Assembly (NCBI GenBank): GCA_051867875.1
Contig: JBJDZG010000012.1
Coordinates: 98 to 64,097 of the forward strand
Source of the DNA: Eubacteriales bacterium
Lineage (GTDB): Bacteria > Bacillota > Clostridia > Oscillospirales > CAG-272
Length of the DNA stretch: 64,000 nt
Direction: 5' to 3'
Shown: positions 44,264 to 53,716 of the stretch, one piece after another
Layout of the letters: the number at the start of each line of letters is the position of its first letter
How positions within the stretch are numbered: position 1 is the stretch's first letter
Notes under the pieces: model-generated
What the model was told of the DNA's origin: nothing
What the model saw: the letters and a program-made list of their open reading frames with translations, nothing else
Database searches by the model: none
Made by a program: the position numbers and the translations under genes

Positions 44264-44388
44264 GGAGCATAACCACCGGTTTTACCGGTGGCTATGCTTT
44301 TTATAAAAAAATAGTTTGCGTAGCGCGATATGACAAATTTTGTGCGTTAGTGATGATAAAATATACAAAAAGGAAGTGAGGAGAAGAA

Positions 44389-44742
44389 ATGAAAACTGAA
44401 AACTCATTATTTTCATATAAAAAAAGCGAGGACAGGCTTGAGGTTGGACTTATCGGGGAGATAGACCATCACAGCGCGGTGAGAGTACGGCGTGAGATAG
44501 ACGAGCTGATATTCAGCGAGAGACCGAAAACGCTCGTGCTTGACCTGTCGCGCGTAGGATTTATGGATAGCTCGGGGCTCGGTCTTATTATGGGGCGTTA
44601 TTCGCTTATAAAAGAACTCGGCGGGGTACTTCTTTTGCGCTCGCCGACGCAGGCGGTGATGAAAATTCTCACTCTTGCGGGCATGGAACGAATGATAAAA
44701 ATTGAAAAGGACAGGGAAGGTGTAACAAATGAAGAAAACTGA
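44389..44742 (+). CDS. spoIIAA: anti-sigma F factor antagonist
   Basis: 117 aa STAS domain with FMDSSGLG. It is the first gene of the spoIIA operon. Confidence 0.9.
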   Translation: MKTENSLFSYKKSEDRLEVGLIGEIDHHSAVRVRREIDELIFSERPKTLVLDLSRVGFMDSSGLGLIMGRYSLIKELGGVLLLRSPTQAVMKILTLAGMERMIKIEKDREGVTNEEN

Positions 44743-45184
44743 AATGCGTGGCAAGGTAATAAACAGCATGAAGCTTACGCTCCCGTCGTATTCCGTCAAC
44801 GAGGGTGTTGCGAGGGGCGCGGTTTCCGCCTTTTGCGCCCAGCTCAATCCGACGGCGAGCGAGCTCGGGGACATAAAATGTGCGCTCTCCGAGGCGGTTA
44901 CGAACTGCATAGTTCACGCGTACCGCGATAGGGGCGGGGAAATTTACATAACGGTTGACATACTTGAAAATTCTGTTATAAGAATAAAGATTAAGGACAG
45001 GGGCTGCGGAATCCCCGACGTCAAGTGCGCCCGCGCGCCTCTTTACACTACGGACAGAGAGGGAGAGCGGAGCGGAATGGGCTTTACGGTCATGGAGAGC
45101 TTTACTGACGGAATCCGCGTTACGTCTCGCGTGGGAGTCGGAACGAGCGTCATCCTTTACAAGAAAATTCAAGGTCTGCCGTAA
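44729..45184 (+). CDS. spoIIAB: anti-sigma F factor (serine kinase)
   Basis: 151 aa with HATPase-type motifs (EAVTNCIVHAY, DRGCGI, GMGF). It overlaps spoIIAA. Confidence 0.9.
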   Translation: MKKTEMRGKVINSMKLTLPSYSVNEGVARGAVSAFCAQLNPTASELGDIKCALSEAVTNCIVHAYRDRGGEIYITVDILENSVIRIKIKDRGCGIPDVKCARAPLYTTDREGERSGMGFTVMESFTDGIRVTSRVGVGTSVILYKKIQGLP

Positions 45185-45206
45185 TCTCAAAGGAGATTTT
45201 CAGTAA

Positions 45207-45953
45207 ATGAGTATTTTACAGGCGGAACGCAGGGAAAGAAATATTGAGCTTATAATCAGGGCGCAAAGCGGTGATGAAGCGGATTCAATGGACGCACTGA
45301 GCCTTTTGATAGAGGAGAACATGGGGCTGGTGCGCTCCATAGCGCTCCGTTTCCGAGACCGCGGAACAGAATACGACGACCTTGTGCAGATAGGTACGAT
45401 AGGAATGATAAAGGCGGTGCGCTCGTTTTCGCTTGAAAGGGAAACGGCGTTCTCAACCTACGCCGTCCCGCTGATTATGGGCGAGATTAAGCGTCATTTG
45501 CGCGACGACGGGCCCATAAAAATCAGCCGAATATACAAAAAGCTGTCGGTGGAGCTTATGCACGCACGCAACAGGATTTTAAGCGACGAGGGCAGGGAGC
45601 CGAGCATTTCGGAGCTCGCCGCGCTCTGCGGAGTGAGTATTGAGGACGCTTCGGTGGCGCTTGAAACGGTTAATCTCATCTCGTCGCTCTCCGAAACCTA
45701 CGGCGACGACGAAAAGCTGACACTTGAGAGTCAGCTATCGAGCGATGACTGCGAAATTGAGCGTCTGAATGACAAAATTGCGCTCTCCCAAGCGATAGAC
45801 AAGCTCCCTAAGGACCAAAAGAAGATAATTACTCTGCGGTACTTCAGAAATATGACTCAACAGCAGGTTGCCGATGCACTGGGACTATCACAGGTCAAGG
45901 TGTCGAGGGAAGAAAAGAAAATTCTCGCATTTCTGCGGGAAGAATTAATATAA
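45207..45953 (+). CDS. sigF: RNA polymerase sporulation sigma factor F
   Basis: 248 aa with sigma-70 regions 2-4 (YDDLVQIGTIGMIKAV; TQQQVADALGLSQVKVSR). It is the third gene of the spoIIA operon. Confidence 0.92.
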   Translation: MSILQAERRERNIELIIRAQSGDEADSMDALSLLIEENMGLVRSIALRFRDRGTEYDDLVQIGTIGMIKAVRSFSLERETAFSTYAVPLIMGEIKRHLRDDGPIKISRIYKKLSVELMHARNRILSDEGREPSISELAALCGVSIEDASVALETVNLISSLSETYGDDEKLTLESQLSSDDCEIERLNDKIALSQAIDKLPKDQKKIITLRYFRNMTQQQVADALGLSQVKVSREEKKILAFLREELI

Positions 45954-45982
45954 AAAGGGGAAACCGTAAGGTTTCCCCTTTT
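45952..45982. terminator. Bidirectional terminator between sigF and the GH2 gene
   Basis: ggggaaacc / ggtttcccc stem with a gtaa loop, flanked by an A-run and a T-run. Confidence 0.85.
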
Positions 45983-45990
45983 AAGCTATA

Positions 45991-48249
45991 TTATTTCTTC
46001 TTGGGCTTTTTGATTTTATTAAGCTCTTTGTTAGCTTGAAGAAGCTCTTCCTTGGTAAAGGAAATGTTCATCATGCTCGACATCGAGGTGAGACGGAGAA
46101 CGGTAAATCCGCCCATCATCTTCATCATATCGTCCGTGAGTTCAAAGCCTGCTGCCTTGGTCTTTTCTCCCTTGGGCGTATTTGCGCTCATCTTCTTTTT
46201 AAGTCCGAGACCGAACTTAGCAAACCAGAGCTTGCCGAGGAAGGAATCCATAATATCACCGACCTTATCGTTGAGAGAGAAGTATCCCTCGGGAGCGGTG
46301 ATATCAAACCAGTTGAGAATCGCGCCCTTTTCGACGAGCACGTAATCCATATTCATCTCGTCAACCTTGCGAATACGGCTCGTATCTCTGCACTCGCCTG
46401 CAACCGCAACGAGCTCGCTCTCGCCAACGTTCGGTACTTCAAAGCGGAAGAAGTGGTCCTCGGCGGTCTTTTTGCCGAGAGAATTTCCGTTTACGAAGAG
46501 CTCAACCTCGGGAAGATTTGAGTAAACGGTAACCTTCGTTACGTCCTCAACTCTGTCAACGTAGCGCTTTGAGCAAATGTGAACGAACGGGTCGTCGGAG
46601 AGCCACGCCTTATAAGCGTAGAAGGAGTCTTTCTTGTACTTGCGGTCCATGGTCATAAGTCCCTTGTGGTTCTGACCGTTCTCACCGCCCTCGGCTCTTG
46701 CGTCTGCGCCGAAGTCAAACATATTCCAAACGTGAGTAGCCCAGATATATTTGCGAGTGAAGAGCTGTTTGATGAGCTCCTCGTGGTAGTAAGCCTGATA
46801 TTCTTCGGTGTAGTCGCCCTGACGGGGGTCTGAGGTGTGCCAGTTAAGAGCCTCACAGCCGTACTCGCTTATACCTACGGGAATGTCAGGATATTTTTCG
46901 TGGAACTTGTCGAACCAGGGTCCGTTCATGCTCGTATCACCGCCGTACCAGCCGAAATAGTGGTTATAGGAAACCACGTCGGGAATGTGAACGTACTCGG
47001 CCTCGGGCTTGCACATTGAAACTACCGCGATAGTAGTGAGGCGAGTCTTGTCCATCTCGTGAACGAGGTCGTTGAGAATGCGGTGATTTTCGAGAAGGTC
47101 GGGGTCGTTCGCACCGCCCATGGTGATTTCGTTTGAAAGTCCCCAAACGACGATTGAGGGATGGTTATAGTTCTGCGAAACGAGCTCCTTCATCTGTGTG
47201 ATTGTATTCTCACGGCCGCCGGGCATGTGTCTTGAAATATAGGGAATTTCAGCCCATACTACCATACCGTACTCATCGCAGAGGTCGTAGAAATACTGGT
47301 CATGCTGATAGTGAGCAAGACGAATGGTATTAGCACCCATCTCGTAGATATATTCCATATCCTCTTTGTGATGCTCGGGAAGAAGGGCGTTGCCTATGCC
47401 GAGCCTGTCCTGATGGCGGGACACACCGTGGAGAGGATATTCTTCGCCGTTGAGGATAAATCCGTTTTCGGGGTCAATCTTAAAGGTTCTGCAACCGAAG
47501 CGCGCGGACACCGTGTCAACGTCTACCTCACCGTTTACGATAGAAGCCTTTGCCGTGTAAAGATAGGGGTCCTTTCTTCCGTGCCAGAGGTGGACGTTTG
47601 CAATGGGAAACATAACCTTTTTATCGGTGGAGCGTGCTTCTGCAACGGGATTGCCATCTTTGTCGAAGATTGAGTAAACGTACTCGTAATTCTCGGGCAG
47701 AGCTGTGCCGAAAACCTCAATTTCAACATTTGCGTCAGTGCCGTTTATTTCGGGTGTAACCATAATTCCGGGAGCGCCGAAATATTCGAGGTCGAAATGA
47801 ACGTTCGGAACGGAAATGATATTGACGTCTCTGTAAATACCGCCGTAGAAGGTGAAGTCTGCCATCTGGGGATAAACCGTTTCGTTTGCCGAATTGTCAA
47901 CTACGATAGCGAGAGTATTGCTTTCCTCAATATAATCCGTGAGATTGACTCTCCATGTGGAGTAACCGCCGTCGTGATGCGCGAGTTGCTTGCCGTTGAG
48001 GTAAACGTCAGCGGAAGAGTTCGCACCGCGGATTTCGAGATAGTGAAGGTCTGCTTTGGGAAGCTCGCTTTTTTCAAAAGTCTTTTTGTAAACACAGGAG
48101 TCGCGGAAATAATCGTTACCGCCGTCCTGACCGTCCTCTGCATTCCATGAATGAGGGAGATTGACAAGCTCTGCTCCGTCATTTACGTTTATGTCTGACG
48201 TAGCTTTGAAAAAACTCCAAGAGCTGTTGAAGTTAAGAATAGATCTCAT
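45991..48249 (-). CDS. glycoside hydrolase family 2 (beta-galactosidase/glucuronidase-like)
   Basis: 752 aa with NLPHSWN, NTIRLAHYQ, WGLSNEI (acid/base) and ISEYG (nucleophile) segments. Confidence 0.85.
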   Translation of the reverse strand: MRSILNFNSSWSFFKATSDINVNDGAELVNLPHSWNAEDGQDGGNDYFRDSCVYKKTFEKSELPKADLHYLEIRGANSSADVYLNGKQLAHHDGGYSTWRVNLTDYIEESNTLAIVVDNSANETVYPQMADFTFYGGIYRDVNIISVPNVHFDLEYFGAPGIMVTPEINGTDANVEIEVFGTALPENYEYVYSIFDKDGNPVAEARSTDKKVMFPIANVHLWHGRKDPYLYTAKASIVNGEVDVDTVSARFGCRTFKIDPENGFILNGEEYPLHGVSRHQDRLGIGNALLPEHHKEDMEYIYEMGANTIRLAHYQHDQYFYDLCDEYGMVVWAEIPYISRHMPGGRENTITQMKELVSQNYNHPSIVVWGLSNEITMGGANDPDLLENHRILNDLVHEMDKTRLTTIAVVSMCKPEAEYVHIPDVVSYNHYFGWYGGDTSMNGPWFDKFHEKYPDIPVGISEYGCEALNWHTSDPRQGDYTEEYQAYYHEELIKQLFTRKYIWATHVWNMFDFGADARAEGGENGQNHKGLMTMDRKYKKDSFYAYKAWLSDDPFVHICSKRYVDRVEDVTKVTVYSNLPEVELFVNGNSLGKKTAEDHFFRFEVPNVGESELVAVAGECRDTSRIRKVDEMNMDYVLVEKGAILNWFDITAPEGYFSLNDKVGDIMDSFLGKLWFAKFGLGLKKKMSANTPKGEKTKAAGFELTDDMMKMMGGFTVLRLTSMSSMMNISFTKEELLQANKELNKIKKPKKK

Positions 48250-48432
48250 GAATTTCCTCCTTGAAAAATATACATAATTATATTATAGACATCATAACGC
48301 ATTTTATATTATAACTTATTTTAGGTTTTCTGTCAAGAAACCTGAAATATAATTTGTAAACAATTATAAACACGAAAATATATACACAATAAACAAAATT
48401 CAACTTTAATTGATACTAATTTGTGAAAAGTG

Positions 48433-48461
48433 TTGACAAATTACTATGTATACTATATAAT
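48433..48461 (+). promoter_or_regulatory. sigma-A promoter of the GPH transporter gene
   Basis: TTGACA, 17-nt spacer, TATAAT. Confidence 0.65.
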
Positions 48462-48497
48462 AAAATGTGCTAAATTCATAAAAATTTGGAGGATATT

Positions 48498-50078
48498 ATG
48501 TCTAAAAAGCAAAAAACAGTAGAACTTGACTCCAAGGGCTACCCTAAGTTTGGCATTAAGGACAAGCTCGCTTATGCGGCAGGCGACTTCGGCTGTAATA
48601 TGAGCTTTGCACTTAAAGGAACCGTTCAGACTTTCTGGCTGGTTTACATGATGCTTGAAACCGGTCTGCTTTCCATTCTGTTGCTGTTGGTGCAGATTTG
48701 GGACGCAGTCAACGACCCGATGATTGGCTCTATTATCGACCGCGACCATCACAAGTATAAGCGCGGTAAGTTCAAGCAGTATATCTTTGTGGGCTCCTGC
48801 GGTTTGCTCTTTGCCGGTGCCGCAGTGTTCCTTCCGTTTCCCAATGCATCCGTAGTGTTGAAGGCTGCTCTGTTCATCGTCGGATATGTCATCTGGGACG
48901 CTGCCTACACCGTTGCTAACGTTCCCTACGGTTCAATGCTGACACTTGTTACCGAGAACAACGAAGAGCGTGCACAGCTTTCCACTTGGCGTTCCATTGG
49001 CTCTATGCTCGGCAATATATTTCCCAACATTATCCTTCCCATGCTTATTTGGCAGAAGGTATTCTATGACGGAACCGACAGTTTCCTTAACAAAATCGTT
49101 ATTCCCGAAGGCTTTACCAAAGAGCAGTTCCTGATCAATCCCATTACCGGTGAGCCCTACCAAATCGGTGATGCTATTCTCAGTCCCGAAACCGGTAAGC
49201 AGGTTGAAATTTTGCTTGGTGAGCGTGTATTCTGGGTTGCTCTTATCATGGGCGTTTTGGGCTTCATTGCTTTCCAGTTCATGCTTAAGAATATCACCGT
49301 TCGTGTCGATGAAAACACCGTTAAGGCAAGTGAAGGCGGCGAAAAGTTCAATATCATAAAATCTTTTGCTAACTTTATGAAGAACCGTCCCGCAGTAGGC
49401 GCTACCGTGGCTGCTATGGGTATGTTCCTCGGTATGCAGTCCGCAACTACCGCAAATACCATTATGTTCGCTACCTACTTCAATATGGCATCTATGTCCG
49501 GTGTGGTTATGATGATCGGTTTCTTGCCCATGTTCTTCTTTATGCCCTTTATTAAGAAGATAGTCGGAAAATACGGTAAAAAAGAAGCTTCTGTTGTCGG
49601 CACTATCGTTTCCATGTGCGGAGGCGCGATTATGCTTATATTCCCCACTATTGCCTCTGTAAATATTGCATTGGTTGTATACTTGATAGGTTTGGTACTG
49701 TTTGGCTTTGGTATGGGCGTATATACATGCGTTTCCTGGGCTATGATGGGCGATGCTATCGATTACAACGAGTGGAAGTTCGGAACCCGTGAGGAAGGCA
49801 CCGTTTACGCGCTTCATTCTTTCTTCCGTAAGCTGGCGCAGGGTATAGGTCCCTCCATGGTTTTGGTACTTATGGGCGTTTTGGGTTATGAATCCAGATT
49901 GGGTACCATCGCTCAAAGCCCTGAAACCTCCCATAATATGTGCTGGCTGGTTGCCGGTCTGTATATGTTCAGCGCAGTTATGCAGTTTATCGGCGTTGCG
50001 CTTATCTATAATATTGATAAGAAAACACTTGCTAAAATGCACGATGACCTTGAAGCTCGTCATGCACAGCAGAAATAA
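48498..50078 (+). CDS. glycoside-pentoside-hexuronide (GPH):cation symporter family transporter
   Basis: MSKKQK start after GGAGGA. GPH signature DAVNDPMIGSIIDR. About 12 TM helices with a long extracytoplasmic insert. Confidence 0.85.
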   Translation: MSKKQKTVELDSKGYPKFGIKDKLAYAAGDFGCNMSFALKGTVQTFWLVYMMLETGLLSILLLLVQIWDAVNDPMIGSIIDRDHHKYKRGKFKQYIFVGSCGLLFAGAAVFLPFPNASVVLKAALFIVGYVIWDAAYTVANVPYGSMLTLVTENNEERAQLSTWRSIGSMLGNIFPNIILPMLIWQKVFYDGTDSFLNKIVIPEGFTKEQFLINPITGEPYQIGDAILSPETGKQVEILLGERVFWVALIMGVLGFIAFQFMLKNITVRVDENTVKASEGGEKFNIIKSFANFMKNRPAVGATVAAMGMFLGMQSATTANTIMFATYFNMASMSGVVMMIGFLPMFFFMPFIKKIVGKYGKKEASVVGTIVSMCGGAIMLIFPTIASVNIALVVYLIGLVLFGFGMGVYTCVSWAMMGDAIDYNEWKFGTREEGTVYALHSFFRKLAQGIGPSMVLVLMGVLGYESRLGTIAQSPETSHNMCWLVAGLYMFSAVMQFIGVALIYNIDKKTLAKMHDDLEARHAQQK

Positions 50079-50199
50079 TCAGCTGAATAAAAAATAACGC
50101 CGACGGAATTTTCCGTCGGGGTTCAGACCGCCGATAAAGCCGTGCTACCGCAAGTAAATATTTATAGAATAAGTATGGCATTATCCTTATAATTCAGTT

Positions 50200-50241
50200 A
50201 AGAAAACGGCACGGAGATATCATCGAGATATCCCCGTGCCG
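50200..50241 (-). terminator. Rho-independent terminator of the hpt / rluA-family operon
   Basis: On the minus strand: cggcacggggatatc / gatatctccgtgccg stem, then TTTTCT. Confidence 0.7.
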
Positions 50242-50291
50242 ACTTGCTTTTTCCGTTATCGTTCTCTGCCTTTCTCGGAGGTTTTTTATCA

Positions 50292-50963
50292 TTATTGTTC
50301 AAACATATTCCACGGTGTATTGCTCATATCGGGTAATTTTTCAAATTCATACTTTTTACCACGATATTCAAAGGCGATACGGCTTGCAATAAGTGCAAAA
50401 TGTTCGGCTTTTTCACGGCTTCCGTACTTTCCGTCGCCCCAGATGGGCATTTTGCGTGAAGCAAGCTGAACGCGTATCTGATGAAATCTTCCCGTGTGAA
50501 GCCTGATGTTGAGCAGGGAAAATGTTTTTTCACCGACGCAGACGCTCTTTTGCACCTCATAATCAAGGGTTGCTTCCTTTGCGCCCTTGCGTTTTCCGTC
50601 AACTATGAACGCCTTATTCTGCGAGCCGTCCTTAAAGATGCAGTCGGTATAAGTGCCACTCTCATTTTCGGGCGCGCCAGAGACGACTGCGAGATATTCT
50701 TTGACAAAAGCGTCCTTGTTTGCTACGAGGGCGGAAAACTCACCCGCCGACTTCGCATTTCTCGCAAAGAGCATAAGCCCGCCTGTTGCGCGGTCGAGCC
50801 TGTGAACGAGGTATAGCCCGTCTTGCTCTCCTGCTTCTCTCAATGACTCTTTTGCAAGCGTCATTAAATCGGCGTCGCCCGTTCTGTCGGGCTGCGAGGG
50901 TACTCCTTGGGGCTTGACGCAGACGGCGAAATTGCGGTCAATATGCAGAAATTCTACGCTCAT
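50292..50963 (-). CDS. RluA family pseudouridine synthase
   Basis: 223 aa with the catalytic motif HRLDRATGGLMLFAR. Confidence 0.85.
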   Translation of the reverse strand: MSVEFLHIDRNFAVCVKPQGVPSQPDRTGDADLMTLAKESLREAGEQDGLYLVHRLDRATGGLMLFARNAKSAGEFSALVANKDAFVKEYLAVVSGAPENESGTYTDCIFKDGSQNKAFIVDGKRKGAKEATLDYEVQKSVCVGEKTFSLLNIRLHTGRFHQIRVQLASRKMPIWGDGKYGSREKAEHFALIASRIAFEYRGKKYEFEKLPDMSNTPWNMFEQ

Positions 50964-51502
50964 TTATCGCTGTATACGGAGGGGTCGAGGACGTAAATGT
51001 CTTTTTCGCCTCTGTAAAGCTCGTCGTAATCAAGACCGTATCCGACGACGAACTCGTCGGGGATAGTGAAGCAACAGTAGTCGGGTGTAAGGTCCACCTT
51101 TCTTCTTGAAGGTTTGTCGAGCAGAGTGCAGATTTTTATGGATTTGGGGCGGCGCGAGGAGAGCAATCTCATAAGATAGGAAAGCGTATTTCCCGAGTCG
51201 ATGATATCCTCAACGATGATGACGTTTTTTCCGCTTATTGTTTTGTCAAGGTCCTTAATCATTTTGACCTCGCCCGACGAGGTTGTGCCTGCGCCGTAGC
51301 TTGAAATTGCCATAAAGTCCATCGAAAGCGGCAGGTCTATCTCACGCGTAAGGTCGGAATAAAAGTGAATTGAGCCTTTGAGTATGCAGACGAAGAGCAC
51401 GGGCTCGCCGTCATAGTCCTCCGTTATTTTTTTCGCTACTTCTTTTATCTTTGCACTTATCTCATCTCTTGAAATAAGAACTCTTGCAAAATCTTTTTTC
51501 AT
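50960..51502 (-). CDS. hpt: hypoxanthine phosphoribosyltransferase
   Basis: 180 aa with the PRPP motif VIIVEDIIDSGNTL. It overlaps the downstream gene by 4 nt. Confidence 0.92.
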   Translation of the reverse strand: MKKDFARVLISRDEISAKIKEVAKKITEDYDGEPVLFVCILKGSIHFYSDLTREIDLPLSMDFMAISSYGAGTTSSGEVKMIKDLDKTISGKNVIIVEDIIDSGNTLSYLMRLLSSRRPKSIKICTLLDKPSRRKVDLTPDYCCFTIPDEFVVGYGLDYDELYRGEKDIYVLDPSVYSDK

Positions 51503-51695
51503 TTCAAATCAAACCTCCGAAAATGATTTTTTGGGAAAGATACAATCAGTATATCATAAAAATCCCGCTCTTTCAACCGAAAACAGAAAAATATTTATTT
51601 TTATTTATCCGTGTGCGGAATTTTTGCAGGCACCCCCCGATTCGCTTTGTAATACAATGTTAACTATTATTAATAATTCATCTTGACTTTTCTAC

Positions 51696-51724
51696 TTGAC
51701 ATAATAGACTGTATGTGTTAAAAT
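51696..51724 (+). promoter_or_regulatory. sigma-A promoter of rimO-pgsA
   Basis: TTGACA, 17-nt spacer, TAAAAT with an extended -10 TG. Confidence 0.6.
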
Positions 51725-51752
51725 AGTATAAAATACTGTCGAAAGGATTGTT

Positions 51753-53081
51753 ATGAAAATAGGATTTGTTTCCCTCGGCTGTCCGAAAAATCAGCTTGAC
51801 ACAGAGGTAATGCTTCACGAGCTTGTTACGGCGGGCTATGAGATTACTGCTGACGAAACCGAGGCGGATGTAGTTATTATAAATACCTGCGGATTTATTG
51901 AATCTGCAAAGAAAGAAGCCATCGACAACATTCTTGACATAGCTTGGCTCAAAGAGAACCGCTCTCTGCGCGGTCTTATCGTAACGGGCTGCCTTGCAGA
52001 GAGATACCGAAACGACATCCTCACTGAATTTCCCGAGGTTGACGCCGTGCTCGGCGTGGGAAGTATACACAATATCGCAGAAGCGGTGGAAAGAGTGCTC
52101 GGCGGTGAAAAATATACCTCGTTTGAGGACAAAAACTGCGTGCGCTTAGGAGGAGACAGAGTGCTCACGACTCCCGAGTACAGCGCGTACCTCAAAATCG
52201 CAGAGGGCTGCGACAACAGGTGCACGTATTGCGCCATTCCCTCGATAAGAGGAAAATTCCGCTCCCGCGAGATGGACGACATTATCGCGGAAGCCAAGGA
52301 CCTTGAAAGCCTCGGCGTAAAGGAGCTTACTCTCGTCGCTCAGGATACCACCAAATACGGCGTGGATATCTACGGCGAATACAAGCTCGCCCATCTTTTG
52401 CACAGGCTCAGCGAGGAAACAGACATTCCTTGGCTCAGGATTCTTTACTGCTATCCCGACAAGATAACGGACGAGCTTATCGCCGAGATGCGCGATAACG
52501 AGCGCGTACTTAAATATATCGACCTTCCGATGCAGCATATCTCGGACGGAGTGCTTAAAAAGATGAACCGTCACGGCGGCTCGGCACTTATCCGTGAGGT
52601 CGTTGCAAAGCTCAGACGTGAAATCCCCGATGTCGTTATCAGAACTACCTTTATCGTCGGATTCCCCGGTGAAACGGAAGAAGATTTCGCCGAGCTTTGC
52701 GAATTTGTTAATGAGCAGAAATTTGAGCACGTCGGTGTGTTCACCTATTCCAGAGAAGAGGGTACGCCCGCTTATAAAATGGAACAGATTGACGAGCAGG
52801 TAAAGCTCGACAGATACGATATAATTATGCGCGACCAGCTTCTTATCAACGAGGAATACAATAAAAAGAAATTAGGTCAGACGCTTAAAGTTCTTACCGA
52901 GGGCTACGATGTCGTCAGCGAAAGCTACTACGGCAGAAGCTACGCAGATGCTCCCGATATTGACGGAAAGATATACTTCAGAGGCAGAAAAGGTATCGTT
53001 CCCGGAACGTTCGTTGATGTAAAGATAGAAGAAGTGCTTGAATACGACCTTTACGGCACGGCACTTGACAGAAAGGAGTAA
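51753..53081 (+). CDS. rimO: ribosomal protein S12 methylthiotransferase
   Basis: 442 aa with N-terminal GCPKN, a radical SAM CxxxCxxC cluster (CDNRCTYCAIP) and a C-terminal TRAM-like region. Confidence 0.9.
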   Translation: MKIGFVSLGCPKNQLDTEVMLHELVTAGYEITADETEADVVIINTCGFIESAKKEAIDNILDIAWLKENRSLRGLIVTGCLAERYRNDILTEFPEVDAVLGVGSIHNIAEAVERVLGGEKYTSFEDKNCVRLGGDRVLTTPEYSAYLKIAEGCDNRCTYCAIPSIRGKFRSREMDDIIAEAKDLESLGVKELTLVAQDTTKYGVDIYGEYKLAHLLHRLSEETDIPWLRILYCYPDKITDELIAEMRDNERVLKYIDLPMQHISDGVLKKMNRHGGSALIREVVAKLRREIPDVVIRTTFIVGFPGETEEDFAELCEFVNEQKFEHVGVFTYSREEGTPAYKMEQIDEQVKLDRYDIIMRDQLLINEEYNKKKLGQTLKVLTEGYDVVSESYYGRSYADAPDIDGKIYFRGRKGIVPGTFVDVKIEEVLEYDLYGTALDRKE

Positions 53082-53084
53082 GAA

Positions 53085-53675
53085 ATGAATTTACCGAATA
53101 AACTTACAGTTGCGCGACTTATAATGGTCCCCGTAATCATCATAGTTTTGCTTCTTCCGGTTAATTCGTGGACAAATCTCGCAGGAGCACTTATTTTTCT
53201 TGCGACCTCGCTTACCGATATGCTTGACGGAAAAATCGCCAGAAAGCAGGGACTCGTTACTGATTTCGGCAAGTTCCTTGACCCCTTGGCGGATAAATTT
53301 ATGGTAATTGCCGCGATGATGTGCATAATGGTGCGTCAGCATCACGAAATACTTATTTTCAGCATTTTTACTACGCTCGTAATGATAACGGTGTTCCGTG
53401 AGCTTGCTGTAACCTCAATCCGTCTTATAGCCGCGAAAAATGCGAATATAGTAGTGGCGGCGAATATGCTCGGAAAAATCAAGACGGTTTCACAGATAGT
53501 CTGCGTTATGTCCGTGCTTCTTGAACCCGTACTCAATGCGCTTTTCGGGGGCAATTCGATATTCTCCTATTATCCCATAACCTGCCTGTCTGCGCTCGTA
53601 ACCGCCGTATTCACGGTTTGGTCGGGAATAGTGTATCTCAAAACGTACTGGAAGTATCTCGATACTAAAATGTAA
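53085..53675 (+). CDS. pgsA: CDP-diacylglycerol--glycerol-3-phosphate 3-phosphatidyltransferase
   Basis: CDP-alcohol phosphatidyltransferase motif DMLDGKIARKQGLVTDFGKFLDPLADK. Confidence 0.9.
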   Translation: MNLPNKLTVARLIMVPVIIIVLLLPVNSWTNLAGALIFLATSLTDMLDGKIARKQGLVTDFGKFLDPLADKFMVIAAMMCIMVRQHHEILIFSIFTTLVMITVFRELAVTSIRLIAAKNANIVVAANMLGKIKTVSQIVCVMSVLLEPVLNALFGGNSIFSYYPITCLSALVTAVFTVWSGIVYLKTYWKYLDTKM

Positions 53676-53685
53676 AATCAATGAT

Positions 53686-53713
53686 AAAACCGCCTGCGCG
53701 CAGGCGGTTTTTG
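53686..53713. terminator. Bidirectional terminator
   Basis: accgcctgcg / cgcaggcggt perfect palindrome flanked by an A-run and a T-run. Confidence 0.85.
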
Positions 53714-53716
53714 CTT

